A stretch of 64,000 bases of DNA from Candidatus Omnitrophota bacterium (GTDB lineage: Bacteria; Omnitrophota; Gorgyraeia; Zapsychrales; Zapsychraceae). The notes beneath the pieces are model-generated. The model had not been told where the DNA came from, did not search any database, and worked only from the letters and a program-made list of their open reading frames with translations. The position numbers were made by a program, and so were the translations under genes. Each line of letters starts with the position of its first letter. The first letter of the stretch is position 1. Where the stretch lies: positions 69,275 to 133,274 of the forward strand of contig JAJDCA010000068.1 in assembly GCA_029261055.1 (NCBI GenBank). Reading direction: 5' to 3'. Below, piece by piece: positions 16,799 to 26,973 of this stretch.

Positions 16799-17566
16799 TT
16801 ATGCCTTAGCTGTTTTTTGTATAACATGTTCGTTAATTTTCTTCCACTTAGGATTCTTCTCAATAAGATTAAAAATATCTTCAATGGAAAATTCAGGATT
16901 GCGAGGATAAAGGTTCTCAATAATTTTGCTAACTAATTGAAAATCTTCAGGCGCATCAACCGTCCACCGATGATCTTTTTGATTTTTCTTATTACCGTAA
17001 GGACAAGCCCCTAATCGGAATATTTGAGGATTCCAATACAAATATGGCGTTACATGTTCTCGTTCAGGTGCAGTCTTTGCATTTTTATGGGCCTTGTCCA
17101 AGGCCTCAAATGAAAATATTTCAGAACCCATCCCTAACGGATAACTACGCCCCGGGACATCTGAGATAAAATCATACTTTTCCAAATAATACTGTTCAAT
17201 TAATTTATCAATTTCACCGGGATCAATTAAAGGACAATCTGAGGTGACTCTTACAATAGCATCCGCTTGCATCTCCTGAGCTGCCATAAAGTATCTCTCC
17301 AACACATTGTCTTCGGAACCACGAAATGTCTTAACAGATAAACTTTCACAAAGATCCAGTATAGGCTGTTCCTGAGATTTAACCGTCGTTGCCACACAAA
17401 TGTCATCGGCCCTTTGAACCCGCTTTAATCTTTCTAACAAATATTCAAGCAGGGATTTTCCCATGACTTCCTTCATTACCTTGCCTGGTAATCGTGTTGA
17501 ACCCATTCTGGCTTGTACAATAATAACTACCTTCATATTTTCCTTAAATTCCTTTAGCTCATTCAT
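16799..17566 (-). CDS. Acylneuraminate/nonulosonate cytidylyltransferase family (NeuA/PseF/SpsF-like CMP-sugar synthetase)
   Basis: VVIIVQARMGSTRLPGKVMKEV...RGSEDNVLERY motif pattern of the CTP_transf_3 family. 255 aa. Confidence 0.85.
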   Translation of the reverse strand: MNELKEFKENMKVVIIVQARMGSTRLPGKVMKEVMGKSLLEYLLERLKRVQRADDICVATTVKSQEQPILDLCESLSVKTFRGSEDNVLERYFMAAQEMQADAIVRVTSDCPLIDPGEIDKLIEQYYLEKYDFISDVPGRSYPLGMGSEIFSFEALDKAHKNAKTAPEREHVTPYLYWNPQIFRLGACPYGNKKNQKDHRWTVDAPEDFQLVSKIIENLYPRNPEFSIEDIFNLIEKNPKWKKINEHVIQKTAKA

Positions 17567-19398
17567 AAAAAAACTTTTAAATTTTCTTCATTCGGTTCTC
17601 GAAAATAATCATGTAAAACCTGTTGTGATATTTTCGTAAAAACGCCATTCCCTTTTTCATACATACAATCAATCGTACCAAGCTGCTGTTTTATTTGCGA
17701 AACGGTATTAACCGGTTCCAACAGATAATCCGAAGCTGCAAGGGGATCATAAAAAAATGTATTATCGGGAATGACACGAATCACAGGTATTTCAAAGCAA
17801 ACAGCCTCGAGTATTGTGATAGTCCCTCCTGTAGAAATAACAGCGTGTGATTTGGCAAACCATTCCTGTATACCCCCCTCATCAGCGAATATAGTGTCCT
17901 GCATATTGATCTTATGTAAATAATTTTTCAGTATTTTTTTCGATAACACCGGATGACTCCTAATACAAACTGTATATCCTTCTAACCCTTTCACAGCTTC
18001 TTTTACTTTGTCAACAAGTTCAAAAGCAAGATTATAACTAAACGTTAATGGCAATAAAAGAATTTTTTTGTTTTGACCAACGCGACACGTCTTTTGATTA
18101 TTATTTTTACAAGTATGCACAGATGAAATACGCAAATTGGGGCCATCTTCTAAAATATCCTTCGGAAATCTTGCCCGTTCATGCAGATTCCTATAGATCT
18201 GGCTGCTACAAACAATTCTGTCAGGTAACGGATGATAGTCTTTCTCATCAGGGGCCATATGAACCGTCAGCTGATTCGGATAAATTGCGGTATGCTGGAA
18301 CCCGGTAATATTTGTATCAGGATAATGCTTCCGACAAGATAAAACAAATTGTTTCTCTGATGCATTATTTTCATAGGCATAATAAAATTTGTCCACTTCA
18401 AAACCTTGCTGTCTTAATCGCCTCAACACAAAACCGCTTAAGTTCAAAATACATAATGATACGTCAAAACCTTGCTTTCGTAATGCCTCATTAAATAAAG
18501 GAGAAACATCTGTTTCTCGGATTTTAATCTCTTTGACATGCCTGTGAAATACCTTATATCCATTATATATTGACCTTACGTAGTCTGAAAATTTAAGATA
18601 ATGTTCGGGAATTAAAAAAGGCTGGTCATGATTTTTCAAATAGGCGTATATTTCCTTTGTCATTGATATATTAAAAAACATGGGCAAAATCCAGACGTCG
18701 CACCCCTTGGAGCGCAACCATCCTGGCAAATGCCCAAAGTTTCTGTCTTGAAATCCTTTTGAATCTTTAAGCGTCCCCTCAGTAATCCAACTTCGGATAA
18801 CAACACGTTTTTGGGCTGGCGCTTTTTTCTTCAATACTGGTTTAGGCACTTTAAGCGAAAGAATATAATTTCTTGTAATCTTCACAAAAAAACTGCCGAT
18901 CTGCATAAAATGATGCACAAAATTTTTCAAAGAATCTGCCCATTTATGAAATTTACCAGCATCTACCCGATACCCCTGCTCCTTTGCTATTTTGGATAAA
19001 CACGAAGACAATGCAGGGCTATTCACAATAAAAATAACATCTTTGTCCACCTTTGATAAAATTCGCTTTGCACAAATAAGGTATGTAATATTGAGAACTA
19101 ATGATATTGCGGAAGTACTTTTGGAAGCTATCTGCCCTCCCCACCATTCATAAGAATTATATTTTTTATTCAAGCCGAAAATTAATTCTACGATAGACTC
19201 TTTAAGCTCTTGAAACGTTTGATCAAAAATACCCGACAAATTTCTGATATCTATGACATGCTCAAATTTTTCCTTTAAGTTTGTATAATAACTATAATCA
19301 TCGTTTAAATAATAACAGAGCGAGTGGTTATTATCTACTTTTGAGAGCACTGACATACTTTTGTTAAAAGGGATAATTGTGACTTGTTTTGAAGGCAT
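17563..19398 (-). CDS. Large hypothetical protein (611 aa) with a GT-B-like C-terminal domain (TagF/KpsS-like glycosyl- or glycerophospho-transferase candidate)
   Basis: C-terminal ...CIRSHPV...SHAVISTGGTITILEAVCFEIPVI resembles the C-terminal nucleotide-binding half of GT-B/TagF-type enzymes. The N-terminal 400 aa are unassigned. Confidence 0.3.
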   Translation of the reverse strand: MPSKQVTIIPFNKSMSVLSKVDNNHSLCYYLNDDYSYYTNLKEKFEHVIDIRNLSGIFDQTFQELKESIVELIFGLNKKYNSYEWWGGQIASKSTSAISLVLNITYLICAKRILSKVDKDVIFIVNSPALSSCLSKIAKEQGYRVDAGKFHKWADSLKNFVHHFMQIGSFFVKITRNYILSLKVPKPVLKKKAPAQKRVVIRSWITEGTLKDSKGFQDRNFGHLPGWLRSKGCDVWILPMFFNISMTKEIYAYLKNHDQPFLIPEHYLKFSDYVRSIYNGYKVFHRHVKEIKIRETDVSPLFNEALRKQGFDVSLCILNLSGFVLRRLRQQGFEVDKFYYAYENNASEKQFVLSCRKHYPDTNITGFQHTAIYPNQLTVHMAPDEKDYHPLPDRIVCSSQIYRNLHERARFPKDILEDGPNLRISSVHTCKNNNQKTCRVGQNKKILLLPLTFSYNLAFELVDKVKEAVKGLEGYTVCIRSHPVLSKKILKNYLHKINMQDTIFADEGGIQEWFAKSHAVISTGGTITILEAVCFEIPVIRVIPDNTFFYDPLAASDYLLEPVNTVSQIKQQLGTIDCMYEKGNGVFTKISQQVLHDYFREPNEENLKVFL

Positions 19399-19434
19399 TT
19401 TTTCGACAAATTTAATAAATTTATTATGTTACGA

Positions 19435-20331
19435 CTACGTATTTATAAATTTTTTGTTCTCTGCTTTTGACCGGAACTGGTTAACATGATTTTTCACTCG
19501 TATCACACCCGCAGGGCTTTCCAACCATCTCTTTAGCCCTCCTAATTTTCCCGCTAAAACAGAGTATACAAGCGGCGTTTTAAGCTGCGGACATTTCGTG
19601 AACCGCACGGTATATCGCGCATAATCCCTTTGACCAACCAATTCCGGATCCATATACTGACCATCATTAGGATTTGTTGAAATAGATTCTTGCTTCCCCC
19701 AATAAAGGATACGGATATGGTTAAACCCTTCTTCTAAAGCAACATCGACGATTTCGGAAACGCTGATAATATCAAAATATACCAAACCTTTGCCACCGTT
19801 ATTATGAAAACCTTTATCTAAATCAGAAATCGTGCCCTCCTCGACACACCCCACAAAAGTCGTGCAAAAACTAATATTAATATGTTTTAAAACTTTTTTG
19901 ATTTGTTCCACAGGGTCTGGCATATGGTGGATAGCATGACGCTCATATCCATAATCATAATTTCGGTTAAATTCATATTTAGTAAAATCTGCTTGCACCC
20001 AATTGGCATCTGGAAACCGCTCGCAGGACTTGGAAAAACCCTTGTCAGAAACTTCAATTCCTGTGTAGTCACGTGTATCAATAATCCTCGAATTTTTCAA
20101 AAACTGATACCCCTGCCCCATGGCAGATCCAATTTCGACAATGCTCTTATTTTCGACAGGATTTTCAACCGTATAATAAAATGAGCGGTTAGGCCGTGTG
20201 AAATCATTGTCAAAGGGCCAATGAATCCAGCTCCATTGAGCATCAATGTATTTTCCATATGCATCATGTGCCCACACTTGACCTAAATCCTGTTGGTAAT
20301 ATTTTTCTTTATGATTCATAGCTCCCTCCAT
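19435..20331 (-). CDS. Putative class I SAM-dependent methyltransferase
   Basis: SIVEIGSAMGQGYQFL (motif I) ... GIEVSD (post I) ... ANWVQADFTKY (motif II) spacing typical of Rossmann MTases. 298 aa. Confidence 0.5.
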   Translation of the reverse strand: MEGAMNHKEKYYQQDLGQVWAHDAYGKYIDAQWSWIHWPFDNDFTRPNRSFYYTVENPVENKSIVEIGSAMGQGYQFLKNSRIIDTRDYTGIEVSDKGFSKSCERFPDANWVQADFTKYEFNRNYDYGYERHAIHHMPDPVEQIKKVLKHINISFCTTFVGCVEEGTISDLDKGFHNNGGKGLVYFDIISVSEIVDVALEEGFNHIRILYWGKQESISTNPNDGQYMDPELVGQRDYARYTVRFTKCPQLKTPLVYSVLAGKLGGLKRWLESPAGVIRVKNHVNQFRSKAENKKFINT

Positions 20332-20338
20332 TATGGTT

Positions 20339-21370
20339 TTATTCCAATAAATCCCAACTCAACGCGGTTCCTTTTTTAAGGTTTTCGCGTACCTTACGCC
20401 CAATAATCTCGGAAAAAACATCAGGTTTTAATCCTTGCGACGGACGAATGCTCCGGACATTTTTTTCATTAATAACATCCCCTTGAACCATATCTTCAAC
20501 AATAAAGAGTGACCGACGATATTTTTTACTTATAGACTCCCTGCCCTGCGGACCATATTTAACCTCGCCTAAGGCTTTTTCAACCGTTCTGATAGCATCA
20601 ACCATTTCCTTAAATTCATCCGGCTCCAAGGAAAATTCAGAGTCGGGACTTTTAACATTGCGGGAAACCGTTAAATGCCGTTCTATAACTGATGCCCCCA
20701 TGGCAACTGCCGCGACAGAGATATCCCTACCCATCGTGTGATCCGAAAGGCCCGTAACAATATCTAACGTCTGCGATAAATGTGGAAGGGCTTTAAGATT
20801 AATTTCATCAGGTTTTGCCGGATAAGTAGCAGTACATTTAAGCAAAGCGACTTGATCATTGCCCGACTCATTAACAGCCTTAACCGCCGCCTTAATTTCT
20901 TCCAGAGTTGCCATACCCGTTGACAAAATGACTGGCTTATTCCTTGAAGCAACATTCCTGATTAATGGGATATCGATGATCTCAGATGAAGCAATTTTAT
21001 AAGCAGGCACATTCATTTTTTCTAAAAAATCAACGGCCGTCGAATCAAATGGTGAAGAAAACAAATCAATTTTTAATTTCTCTGACGCACTCTTAAGTTC
21101 CGGATACCATTCCCATGGGGTATGGGCCTCTTTAAACAGATCATATAATGATTGGCCTTTAAAAATAAAATTCTCATTCTGACAGTCGATGGTCATCGTA
21201 TCAGGGGTATAGGTCTGTATCTTGACAGCATCTGCCCCCGCATTTTTTGCCGCTTCCATGATCTTAAGAGCATTCGCTAAATTCTGACCATGGTTGGCAG
21301 ACATTTCCGCAATTATATATACTGGTTCTCCAGGACCGATCGTGCGATTATTTATTATTATTGATTTCAT
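20339..21370 (-). CDS. NeuB-family nonulosonic acid synthase (sialic/pseudaminic/legionaminic acid synthase) with C-terminal SAF domain
   Basis: IGPGEPVYIIAEMSANHGQNLANALKIMEAAKNAGADAVKIQTY is the canonical NeuB/PseI N-terminus. C-terminal SAF/antifreeze-like domain. 343 aa. Confidence 0.9.
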   Translation of the reverse strand: MKSIIINNRTIGPGEPVYIIAEMSANHGQNLANALKIMEAAKNAGADAVKIQTYTPDTMTIDCQNENFIFKGQSLYDLFKEAHTPWEWYPELKSASEKLKIDLFSSPFDSTAVDFLEKMNVPAYKIASSEIIDIPLIRNVASRNKPVILSTGMATLEEIKAAVKAVNESGNDQVALLKCTATYPAKPDEINLKALPHLSQTLDIVTGLSDHTMGRDISVAAVAMGASVIERHLTVSRNVKSPDSEFSLEPDEFKEMVDAIRTVEKALGEVKYGPQGRESISKKYRRSLFIVEDMVQGDVINEKNVRSIRPSQGLKPDVFSEIIGRKVRENLKKGTALSWDLLE

Positions 21371-22122
21371 TGTGCTACAACCTCGCCTGCAACGATCAGA
21401 CTTTCTCTGCCTGATCGAATGATCTCACTGCTTTGTTCTCCCTCATTGAATAACACATCAATTCCGCAAGCAAATGGCATAAATGGTTTATACACTTGCG
21501 AATACTCAGGATGATTAAACTGATGATAAAAAACTGAAACCCCGCCCGCTACAAATGCATGATAATCATCTACCAAGTACCCCTCAGAGCCTCGGGGAGA
21601 AATGTAACAATCAGCATCCAAGGCCTTCATTATATTAATGATTTTTTCTGAGCGTTTCCCATCGATATTAAGTTCCGAGGCCATAACAAATTCTGCTTTA
21701 ATTTTAAATTGCTTACACATCCATTTAATCATTTCAATGTTAAACTGGCATAAATCCCCCGTTGAGGCAACTCTGTGAAACAGTTCAGAAAACTCTTTAA
21801 AATAACGGTCGTACTCCTTGGCTTTTTGATAATTATGGGTTATTTGCTTAAGGTGTTTATCAATGAAAATCGCATCTTTTAATTCAACATCTTTGATCAA
21901 CTGACCGAACCGCCCCTTTATCAATACGGGAACTGTCATCCACTCCAAACCATTATTGGTTCTTATACGGTTGCGCTGCTGCCAAGTTTGCTTAACAAAT
22001 TGAACATTATCAAGGAGTACAAAAACATCAACCATATCTATTAAATCAAAATACCCTATCCAAGGAAGGTAGGTCGGCTGCATAATCGCTACCGTTTTGC
22101 CTATTTTTTTTTGCGGATCCAC
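21367..22122 (-). CDS. WbqC-like family protein (O-antigen cluster protein of unknown function)
   Basis: N-terminus VAIMQPTYLPWIGYFDLI matches the conserved start of WbqC-like proteins. 251 aa. Confidence 0.55.
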   Translation of the reverse strand: MDPQKKIGKTVAIMQPTYLPWIGYFDLIDMVDVFVLLDNVQFVKQTWQQRNRIRTNNGLEWMTVPVLIKGRFGQLIKDVELKDAIFIDKHLKQITHNYQKAKEYDRYFKEFSELFHRVASTGDLCQFNIEMIKWMCKQFKIKAEFVMASELNIDGKRSEKIINIMKALDADCYISPRGSEGYLVDDYHAFVAGGVSVFYHQFNHPEYSQVYKPFMPFACGIDVLFNEGEQSSEIIRSGRESLIVAGEVVAQ

Positions 22123-22127
22123 TTTTT

Positions 22128-23054
22128 CTATTCCTCTAAAACTGCTAATCCCGCCCCGGTTAATCCGTAATTATTACCATTATAAAACATGTACTTTCTG
22201 CCATCATAATCAAAAACATAGCCATACTCGATCATTTCACTATCCCAGCCTGATGGAGAAACATCCATGTCCACCTGATCATCTTTTCTGGTCCACTGAA
22301 TCCCGTTGGGTGATTCCGCGTAACCTATCCTGTAAGGATTTCCACCTTTTTTATAAGAATAGTACATTTTATAAATACCTTGATCTTTAATAACACAGGG
22401 ACGGGCCAAAGCCGATTCATTGCCAAGAGGTGATTCAACACATACCGTGCCTTGCTGATCCCAATCAACGCCGTTTTGTGACTCAGCATATTTAATATTG
22501 TAATAAGGCAAATCCGCATGTTCCCATTTATAACCCGAAACATACCACATTCTCCAAAGGCTGCCTTCCTTAAGAACACATGGTGCCGTTAAAATCATAA
22601 ACGGCTCACGATCCGTCAGCCGTAAAATTGGAGCCCTTGAGAACCTTTTAAAGCTAAGCCCACCATCCTCGCTTATGGCAAGACCTGTAATAAGCCCCAT
22701 TCTAGTCGTCGAACGCGGCTTCCATCCTATGTAATAAAGGTATTTCTTCCCATTATGATTGACGATCCAAGATGGTGTAACCCCATTATCATCAAAACAA
22801 CCCAGATTTCCAGGAGATAATACTGGTTTTTGACTGTACTCCAAAACTTTTGGCTGACCACTTACATCGACAACCGCAAAGCCGACATGCGATCTATTGA
22901 ACTCATCTCTTCCGCAAAAATAGACTCGGAAGATCGAGCCTTCCACATGATCCGCTATGGGGACCATGGCATGCGTTCGCATCCACTCGAGCTGCTTTTG
23001 AGGCTCAATGATTAATCCATATTTTTTCCATTTCAATTTAGAAATTATTTTCAT
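22128..23054 (-). CDS. Five-bladed beta-propeller glycoside-hydrolase-like protein (GH43/GH32/GH130-like fold)
   Basis: Repeated aromatic-rich blade motifs (KYLYYIGW, RMWYVSGY, YKMYYSYK, RKYMFYNGNN) with conserved Asp/Glu positions. 308 aa. Confidence 0.4.
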   Translation of the reverse strand: MKIISKLKWKKYGLIIEPQKQLEWMRTHAMVPIADHVEGSIFRVYFCGRDEFNRSHVGFAVVDVSGQPKVLEYSQKPVLSPGNLGCFDDNGVTPSWIVNHNGKKYLYYIGWKPRSTTRMGLITGLAISEDGGLSFKRFSRAPILRLTDREPFMILTAPCVLKEGSLWRMWYVSGYKWEHADLPYYNIKYAESQNGVDWDQQGTVCVESPLGNESALARPCVIKDQGIYKMYYSYKKGGNPYRIGYAESPNGIQWTRKDDQVDMDVSPSGWDSEMIEYGYVFDYDGRKYMFYNGNNYGLTGAGLAVLEE

Positions 23055-23719
23055 GCAACTTTTGCCTTAATGACATCACTGGATAAACGCAAGGCCTCCG
23101 TTTGCTGCCCTCGAAAGACCTGTTTATCTTTTGTGCTCTTTAATATTAAGGCGCCGGCGCCGATAATGCATTTTTCACCAATCGTAATAGCATCTCTAAT
23201 TGTTGCATTGACACCAAAATAACAATACGGTTCGATCACGACACATCCCGAAATAACAACATGTGATGCGACAAAACAATGGTCTTTGATAATGCTATGA
23301 TGCCCGACATGATTACCGCTCCATAAAATAACATTATTTCCTATCCTTACCGACGGTTGAATGACATTATTCTCAAATATAAAACAATTCTCGCCAATCT
23401 CAACTTCAGGACTCACTTGCGCATGAGGACTCACATAACTGATAAATCTGTAGCCCATGGATTTGGCAGCCAAATATTTTTCTGCCCGTAATTCATTTAA
23501 ATGTTTAGCTCCTATAGGCACAAACATGACAAATTCATCCGGTGGATAATCATTTACGACATCTTCAAAATTAACCACGGGAATACCACGAAAATTTTTC
23601 TCCACATTATATTTACCGTCCACTGTGAAGGCAACAACCTCCAACGAGGGATCTTGCGCAAGATATACATGAGCAATTTCTGCCATTTGGCCATTTCCAA
23701 AAATAATAACTTTTTTCAT
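23051..23719 (-). CDS. NeuD/PglD/PseH-like sugar N-/O-acetyltransferase (left-handed beta-helix, hexapeptide repeats)
   Basis: KKVIIFGNGQMAEIA N-terminal Rossmann-like domain followed by hexapeptide repeats (IGNNVILWSGNHVGHHSII...); 222 aa. Confidence 0.85.
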   Translation of the reverse strand: MKKVIIFGNGQMAEIAHVYLAQDPSLEVVAFTVDGKYNVEKNFRGIPVVNFEDVVNDYPPDEFVMFVPIGAKHLNELRAEKYLAAKSMGYRFISYVSPHAQVSPEVEIGENCFIFENNVIQPSVRIGNNVILWSGNHVGHHSIIKDHCFVASHVVISGCVVIEPYCYFGVNATIRDAITIGEKCIIGAGALILKSTKDKQVFRGQQTEALRLSSDVIKAKVA

Positions 23720-23721
23720 AT

Positions 23722-24819
23722 TTAAACCCCTATCATTTCAATAATCCGGTTAACACCATGAGAATCTAATAATTTTTGTCCCGAATGACTCATTTGATTT
23801 CTCTCTTCATAATTATTCAAAAGATTTTTTAGTTCCAAGGCTATAAAATCTGCCTCGATGTCTGAGTTCATTCCCAAATATTTCATGGAACCATAGCGGA
23901 TAAAATATTCATTAATTTGAGCATGATCCTTATTCAAAGAAATTTGTACAGACGGGGTTCCCGTAATCGCAAGTTCATATTTGGTCAACCCTGAACTTGT
24001 CAGGGCCACATCGCACCAGAGCATATGTTCAATAAGGGATTCCGGTCGATCAATAATCATAATATGCTGCTCCGAAGATGCTGCCCTACACCTGATTTTA
24101 TCTTCGAGAGCCACTTTAAAATTAGGCCCAATGACCACGCGGATTTCTAAATTCAGATCACCGATCATAGCTAAAGCTTCAAGAATTTTAACGGTAATAT
24201 TTAAAGGGTCCGCTCCTCCCAGTGTTACAAGAACCCTGTCGGCATTTGCTCTTATTTCCCTTTGGGCACAGCGTCCATTTCTATATTCTTGAGAAAAAAT
24301 GTAATATTTTGGCCCAGTCAAATACATTGATTCCTTCTTCATTTCCAAAATTAAATCATCAGCCCCAAAATAAGGTACAACAATCACATCGGCAGCTGCC
24401 TTTATTTTAGGCATAAGGGCATTATCCCCCATCCCGTCAATCAAAATTGTCTTTCCTTGCCTCTTAAGACCGTTAGCATATGCCGTTGCCCCTTCTAAAT
24501 CTTTAAAAGCATACAATGTTGCGATATCTAATATAAAACCCGCAATCTCACCGTTGATTTGTTGGTTGATAAAATCAACTTCATTAGCCCAATTGACAGC
24601 CTCCGGAACTTTAATAAAGTTTAACTTTGAGTCGAGCAATATGTTCTCAATATTGGGATTAATATGTTTCGCAACAAAATACACACACGACTTTGCCTCT
24701 ATCAGCTGTCGGCCAAAGGCGTAACACCTGTTAAAATGCCCCATCCCGACAACTTCATCAGCGTCAAAACGAATGAGAAATATTTTTTTTCTACTCATGT
24801 TAATCGCACCTCTATTCAC
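23722..24819 (-). CDS. PseG/SpsG-like UDP-sugar hydrolase (MurG-like GT-B fold)
   Basis: IFLIRFDADEVVGMGHFNRC fits the PseG signature R-x-D-x(5)-G-x-GH-x-xRC. Glycine-rich GT-B C-terminal half. Likely real start at the internal MSRKKIF. Confidence 0.7.
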   Translation of the reverse strand: MNRGAINMSRKKIFLIRFDADEVVGMGHFNRCYAFGRQLIEAKSCVYFVAKHINPNIENILLDSKLNFIKVPEAVNWANEVDFINQQINGEIAGFILDIATLYAFKDLEGATAYANGLKRQGKTILIDGMGDNALMPKIKAAADVIVVPYFGADDLILEMKKESMYLTGPKYYIFSQEYRNGRCAQREIRANADRVLVTLGGADPLNITVKILEALAMIGDLNLEIRVVIGPNFKVALEDKIRCRAASSEQHIMIIDRPESLIEHMLWCDVALTSSGLTKYELAITGTPSVQISLNKDHAQINEYFIRYGSMKYLGMNSDIEADFIALELKNLLNNYEERNQMSHSGQKLLDSHGVNRIIEMIGV

Positions 24820-25831
24820 TTTCCCTGATATGTTTTTCCAACCACTCGTAGATGCTAATACCTTTCTTTTTTGCCTTCTCTGCCAAAATTGACTTAGCTT
24901 CCTCAGTAACCCCTTCTATTTTTCCAAAATAACGCGTCCTAATGGACCCACCCCGTTTACCCTTATGCGGAACATCAATGTTAACCGTCGGAAAATTTTT
25001 GTCCTTTATAAAATTGATAAAATAAAAACAATTTTCTAATACCCACGACACATTCACATGATTAGCATTTTTCGGTAAAAGGTGAAGGGGCGTATCCGCT
25101 GACCATAAACTGTTATTCTCCACCATCATTTTATAATACTCAGACTCCTTCAACCATGGGGCTATGCCTTCATCCCCGAAAGCAACCGTTCCACCGTGTC
25201 TGATCACCCTTGTCATCTCAGAAATTGCCTTTTTCAAATCAGGCATAAAATTTATCCCTCCAAAATGAAAAGAAGCATCAAATGAGTCATCCGCATAAGG
25301 TAAATTCGTTGCATCAGATATGGATAATATAATATTTGTAAAACCGTTCTTGGAAAGTGCATTACCCGTATGGACAACCATTTCCTTGCTGATATCCTGC
25401 GCATGGATTTCTAGATTGCAACCCTCATAATTTTTCGCAAGAGCCAGAACATCATCACCATTGCCGCACCCCGTCACTAGAACCTTTGCCTCATCATGCA
25501 ATTCGCATTTTTTTAATAGGCTTTCCCTAAAAGTTTCTTCCTTGGTAATAAATGTCAAAAAAAGCCAATCCAGAAAATTCCTATAAATATCATTTTGTCC
25601 GGGGCCATGATAGAATTTTTCATTCAAATCCTTATTTTCATTAAGCACTTGGCCAGAGAAATCAATGATCAGATGCCCCTTTGAAAGCTCTAAAGGATAC
25701 CTGCACCCTTGCGTGCATTGAAAAAATTTATCATTAACCGAAAGTTGTTTTTTATGAACCGGGCAAATAAAATCATCCACTATCCTATTGAATGATTTAT
25801 TCCCGTAATGTTTTAATTCGAAAGAACTCAT
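24812..25831 (-). CDS. Class I SAM-dependent methyltransferase with N-terminal Trm112-like zinc-ribbon
   Basis: CPVHKKQL...CTQGC zinc-ribbon, then VLVTGCGNGDD (motif I) and DASFHFG (motif II-like). 339 aa. Confidence 0.7.
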   Translation of the reverse strand: MSSFELKHYGNKSFNRIVDDFICPVHKKQLSVNDKFFQCTQGCRYPLELSKGHLIIDFSGQVLNENKDLNEKFYHGPGQNDIYRNFLDWLFLTFITKEETFRESLLKKCELHDEAKVLVTGCGNGDDVLALAKNYEGCNLEIHAQDISKEMVVHTGNALSKNGFTNIILSISDATNLPYADDSFDASFHFGGINFMPDLKKAISEMTRVIRHGGTVAFGDEGIAPWLKESEYYKMMVENNSLWSADTPLHLLPKNANHVNVSWVLENCFYFINFIKDKNFPTVNIDVPHKGKRGGSIRTRYFGKIEGVTEEAKSILAEKAKKKGISIYEWLEKHIRESE

Positions 25832-26973
25832 GGCTCAATCACCCGTCCAGTCAATAGAAACTCTTTGATCTGTTTGGTTAGTAATTGTACTTTTGCCTCA
25901 TCATAACTGGGATCAACCCATAAATTAACCACTTCCTGTTCCAGTTTATTAGCAATAGGGAATTGCTCTCGGCCTTGCAAACGCCCCGTTGGAGTCCATT
26001 CCGTGATGGAAGGATACCAAGAAGAAATGTCAAACCCGATACTACGAACGTATTGCAATAATTCATCACGGCGATTAGCATCAACACGAAAAGTAAACCG
26101 CCATGGCACGCCTGATTGAGCGCAAAAAAATTGCACCGATGATATACCCTGCAACTCCCGGAGATACAAATCCTGCATTTTTATTCTTCTGGCAACCTCT
26201 CCTTCCAATGTATCTAATAAACTCAAAGTGTGTGCAGCGGCACCATCGATGCGCTGATAAAGAAACAAAGACTGAAAAAGATCTGGAAATTGATCAAACA
26301 TTTGAAAAAACTTCGGATCCTTCTGGCCTAACTCCGTAACCATATAATACAATTTCTTAAAATCATCTTGTAAGATTTGCGAATTCTTTGTTTGTTCCGG
26401 AATACGACGTTCCCAATCACGAGCCCTACGCGCTATAGATGCATCATCTGTAATAAACCCTCCCCCATCACCGGCATCAAGAATTTTTGAATATCCAAAA
26501 GAAACAACAGAAAAATCCCCTTTCGAACCAAACGAAGAACCATCTGTATACCGGCCTCCCAATGCCTGGGCCAGATCTTCTATAAGAAAAACATCATGTT
26601 TTTTACAAATTGCTTTAAGCCTCTCGACATCTGCCGCATTTCCGTACAAATGTACAGCCAGAACAGCGCCGATATCCCGGTCGTTTTTCAACATTTCATC
26701 AACAGCATTCGGGTCAATGGTTGCGTCTTCTTCCCTTACGTCACAAAACACCGGAATTCTCCCTGCATAATAAACGGCCAGCATAGGCTGAACACACATC
26801 AACGCGGGCAATAAAATTTTTGGGCGCTGATCAGGACATAATTTATACGCAAGATAAAGCGCTGATGTCCCGTTACCAGTCCATACACAACAGTCTCGCC
26901 CCAATAATTTGGCTAATTGACGTTCACACTCTTCGACAGAACTTAATACATTGTTATTTACGTTCATGCTCAT
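25828..26973 (-). CDS. DegT/DnrJ/EryC1/StrS family PLP-dependent sugar aminotransferase (PseC-like candidate)
   Basis: Fold-type I pattern with the SFGYSK segment (Schiff-base Lys) ~190 aa from the start and VFLIEDLAQALG upstream of it. 381 aa. Confidence 0.75.
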   Translation of the reverse strand: MSMNVNNNVLSSVEECERQLAKLLGRDCCVWTGNGTSALYLAYKLCPDQRPKILLPALMCVQPMLAVYYAGRIPVFCDVREEDATIDPNAVDEMLKNDRDIGAVLAVHLYGNAADVERLKAICKKHDVFLIEDLAQALGGRYTDGSSFGSKGDFSVVSFGYSKILDAGDGGGFITDDASIARRARDWERRIPEQTKNSQILQDDFKKLYYMVTELGQKDPKFFQMFDQFPDLFQSLFLYQRIDGAAAHTLSLLDTLEGEVARRIKMQDLYLRELQGISSVQFFCAQSGVPWRFTFRVDANRRDELLQYVRSIGFDISSWYPSITEWTPTGRLQGREQFPIANKLEQEVVNLWVDPSYDEAKVQLLTKQIKEFLLTGRVIEP

